DNA of 64,000 nucleotides from Vermamoeba vermiformis (taxonomy: Eukaryota). Below the pieces are notes generated by a model. That model saw only the letters and a program-made list of their open reading frames with translations, did no database searches and was not told the origin of the DNA. Shown piece by piece: positions 60,094-64,000 of this stretch; position 1 is the first letter of the stretch, and every line of letters begins with the position of its first letter. Location of the stretch: contig JBEWZL010000232.1 in the NCBI GenBank assembly GCA_045837725.1, forward strand, positions 310,001-374,000, given 5' to 3'. A program made the position numbers and the translations under genes.

Positions 60094-61078
60094 ATGGACA
60101 GGACCGCGATATCTCATCGTTCTCACGCTATGCACGCTGCATACGACGATAGCCAGACCACAATCTGCGCATAAACAAGGCGATGATTGGGAAGTAAGTC
60201 AGATCACGTTTTTGATCTGTTAATTTTACCAATTAAATTGAAAATTTTTGGATGATAATAGTATTATAGAATATAATTATTACAATCAAATAGTATTAAA
60301 ATTAAAATTTTCAATGCAGTGGGATTGTCTCGGCGATTGCGATAATCCGATCTGCTATCGCCTCGCGGCAAACAATCAAATATCGGTGGATTCGTGGAGG
60401 AGGCACTGACGATGATCCCGCATTCAAGGTTAGTCTTACAGTTTGCATTGCGGTGGCCATTTTACGCTTTTGACACGTTCTTTAATCGTGCAGTGGATGT
60501 TCTGAAGAACCCGTATGACGCTACAATGAGCTTTGGCAGAGGCTTCTTGGACATCCCTATACTAAAGAACATCATCACTGACACCCACTTCGCTCAACGC
60601 GATCGTATGGGTCGTTCAATGGCTTTCTTAGCACGGATCTGGACTGACTATCCGATGGTACGTTTAACGTCCTGTGCCATCAAACTAATAGCCTCCGTAG
60701 TTCAAGTCGTTAAAGGCATCGCCTGTGACGAACAAACAGCTGTCTTGATTCAACAAGGCACCGGCAAAGTTGCTACAAGGATTGATAATGTGCAACCTAA
60801 GTGGCACGATAGTAAGCAGCCTTCAAGTTACTGTATGAGCTTTGGAGATAACTAACGGCGTTGCAGAGCATGTCGCGTACTTCTTCTTGTCAAAGAGACC
60901 ACCAGCAGTGTGTCAGCCAGACGCGCCGTTGACATTCGGCAAGATCTCAGTGTGGCGACTTCACAACAACCAAACATTCGATCTCATCAACTGGACGAGC
61001 AATCAAGGCGAGTACTATGAACTCGATGTCGAGAACGGTGATTTCATCGAGTGGAAACAGCAAGGTCATGTATGTTAA
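60094..61078 (+). pseudogene. Cyanophycinase-like (peptidase S51) pseudogene
   Basis: GGGTDDDPAFK|WM joins directly to LKNPYD..FGRGFL..IITDTHFAQRDRMGRSMAFLARI, GIACDEQTA. The catalytic GxSAG region is absent and there are several frameshifts. Confidence 0.75.
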
Positions 61079-61816
61079 AAGCGTCGTGCATCGTGAAGGA
61101 CGGGTATAATCTGAGGTTCATTTGAAACTTTGCTTGGAACGTGAGAAGTTAATTGCAAATCGACGTAAGCATATATAAAGCGAAAAAGCGTGCGATAGCT
61201 TAATTACTGCGTGATTACGGAAAGAACAAATCCACATGGAAAAACGGGTAAAATTATTATTTAAATAATTGGCAGAAAGGAAATGTAAGATGGAAATAAT
61301 ATTAATACTATAATATCAGATTTCCAAATTTGAAATATTATTATTGTAGGGATTTGATCAAAGCATTTTGCGGAGCTCAAACAGAGGACGTGCAATGTTA
61401 GAATGGTTTACGTACCAATGTATACACAAAATTTAATGAGTTGAGATAGGCTGGACGGAAGCGGTAGAAAGCGGGATGTCTTTTCCCGCTTCGGATGTGG
61501 TAGCTAAAACATTTCCACTTGCGTTTTATCTTCGTTTCTTTCTAACCACTGACCATAATTGGTAGTGCATTATTTGAATTTCGAATAAAAATGGTCAAAC
61601 TGCGGTACGGCGTAAAATCGTGTCCGTTTTAGTTTCGATCGAAAAACCAAATTTACTAATTATTTGTGATAAGTGACATCAACTACACCGCAAAGTTGCA
61701 ATTTACATTTGTATGCAGTGATTGGAACACACGAACACAACGACTGTCACTGCCCTTCCAACAGATTGATCTTCCCGTCTTTTATTGTCGAATAAGATTC
61801 CGTATCAATAACGAAG

Positions 61817-64000
61817 ATGGAGACGCTTAATCCACAAGGAGATCGAGTTGTTAAATTTGAGCAACAAATGATTGAGCGAGAAAAGCTCACGCAGCTAAAA
61901 CGCATCGCGCTGCTCTTGGTGACTCGGATGTTGGCCAAAATGCACCAGATCGAAAAAGACATTGAAGCCATAGTTACAGTTGAACTATTGATAGAAAAAA
62001 GAGAGGAATGCAAGAAGATTATTGATATTTCAAAGGTATTTAGAAATTTAATCCATTTTAACCCGCAGCGAAAGAGAATTGACGAAATTAATGATCTACA
62101 AATTAATAATTTGCATATTTTTGCTATATTTAATTTAAATATGCTCCTAAAAGAAATTTGTTTACCAACGCTTCTAGATTCGGTCGGATTCCACTTTTCT
62201 GAATCACACCGCACTGTTACGCTCAAAAATTATTATTACGCGAGATATAATATCTCCAACATTATATAACATCGTCTTTAATCTTAATTTTAACCTATTA
62301 AGCGATTAATTAGTTTGGATCAGTTTGTAGCCGTTTTAGTTAAAAGAGATAAAGCGGAGAATTATATATTAACGCTATTTATCCTATAGGAACTCGTTGA
62401 TTGGCCAGCAGGAGAGGATCCTTATGAGCCTAAAAAGTTGCCTGCAGTCTTTGCGCAACAGCCTAAGCTGATCGCTTTTCGTACCAACACCGATCAGCTT
62501 CTTTGGGAAATCAGTAAGTTACAATCCGAGTTTATAAGTACCGATAAGAATGTACTTCAATGTGTTTGCACGAGAAATTATACCAAACTCGAGTTTTTAA
62601 GACGAGTTTTCTAACGGATTTGATTTGTAGTCTCGAAGCTCTCGGTCTTACGAGATTTCCTAGTCATCTCAGACTCATTGCCCAAATGCATCACCATATC
62701 ATACACTCTCAATAGAATCAAAAAGGTAACTCTCCGATTATTCATTATTTAGGCGCGATCGCGTCGATTCTCGCCGGCGAGCTCCGATTTGTGGAGCCCT
62801 CGCCCACCTCCATCCTTTTTATACTTTTATGGAAAAGGAGTTAATCTGCCGTGTATATCACCTTTTTTGCCAAGTCTAACCATCTTTGAACTAGATTCTG
62901 TTCACCGATCCTAACGAGCCGCTCTATCCTCAACGAAGGCCTACTTTTCAATATGTAGAACCTCCTAGTGGTACCACTAATAACAACAATAGCACCGAGA
63001 ACAATACCAACAACGTACGGGACCGATCCTACACTACTCCCGATTTTCTGCCTGCGCAAGAGCCAAATTCTTCATGGGTGCCTGCCGCGGCTAAAGACGA
63101 CTCGTCGAGCCCTCCTAATAGTGCTGGTAATTTAGCTAGTCCTAGGTTAGCTAAAAGGCCAAGTACAAAGTCACCTCGTGGAAGGATCAAGGCAAAGGAT
63201 ATCCGAAAGCCGGAGCTATTACATGATGAAGTGGATGGTACGTACTATAGTTAAATATTGTGATTCTTCGCGAGCTAAATTAATCTCTGGATCCCTAAAA
63301 CGAATCCAGAGTAATCTTGGATTCGCGAATCCGAACCCAAGTTTTTTATTGCTTAAAGTTGCATTTTATAGACACTATTTATAATATAGTATGTTTTCAA
63401 TAGCTCAAGCTGTTATTTTAATTACAGGAGACCCGCAGAAGTGGGATCAAATATTTCAATCGCCTACAGACGGCAGATCGATGCTACGATCAAGCTCAAG
63501 AAAAAGAAATGAGGTGGACAACTTAATTATGAAGAGTAAGTCGTTTTTTTATACAAAGACCTTCCATAAGCAATTACTTCGGATTCGGACTGGATGTGCT
63601 AAAGAGGAAATTATTTTGAAACGATCAATAGTACTTAACAGTAAGGCAGTTTAAGGTTCTATCGCGTAACTTAATTAGCTTACGCGAGTAACTTGAGCAG
63701 GCCAAAGCCTTAAATACAAATGAATTTTCGAACAGGTGATCCGATTAACGCGGAACCAGAGCAAAAATTTTGGCTTTCAGTTCGAAAACTCGCGTCATTT
63801 TTAGTGATTTACTGAAATTTGTCCTATTGTGTGTTTCTCAGCATTCGTTTTCCGTTTTATTTCACTCTTTTCGTTCAATCAATCGACCACCGATCAGCTT
63901 ACTTTCGCTCGATCGGATCTTTATTTATTTGTACATAGTATTATTTATTTGTATATACGATGGAAGTCTATATCCAGCCTACCAGTTATGTAGTATATAA
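61817..64000 (+). CDS. Hypothetical multi-exon protein, continues beyond the window
   Basis: Coiled-coil-like exon 1. Further exons at about 62390-62513, 62631-62724, up to 63237, and 63428-63535 with GT-AG boundaries. Confidence 0.55.

Noticed and set aside
1-64000. CRISPR arrays, prokaryotic operons, transposases, reverse transcriptases, viral hallmark genes, rRNA
   Set aside because: None seen. The window is intron-rich eukaryotic DNA throughout.

Overview
Eukaryotic genomic DNA, gene-dense, with many short (about 45-200 nt) GT-AG introns. Gene content suggests a free-living protist, possibly an amoebozoan (inference only). The ORF track shows only exon fragments, so gene models were rebuilt by reading splice sites by eye and internal boundaries are approximate. 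Conserved genes: POP7/Rpp20, INTS3, PRCC, COG1, ARFRP1, a Rho GTPase, PMP3 and a TMC-like channel. There is a molybdenum-cofactor locus: MOCS1A/moaA sits head-to-head with an apparently bicistronic MOCS2A-MOCS2B. The last moaA intron is unusually long (about 930 nt) and packed with strand-specific RNA structures, including a candidate double-guide C/D snoRNA. At 28-37 kb is a tandem family of three diverged, unrecognised transcription-factor-like genes plus a tail-only relative, flanked by F-box/LRR genes. The right third holds an F-box-Rab fusion, more F-box genes, several bacterial-like genes that carry introns (DUF4397 surface protein, helical-repeat protein, cyanophycinase-like pseudogene) and a partial gene duplication.
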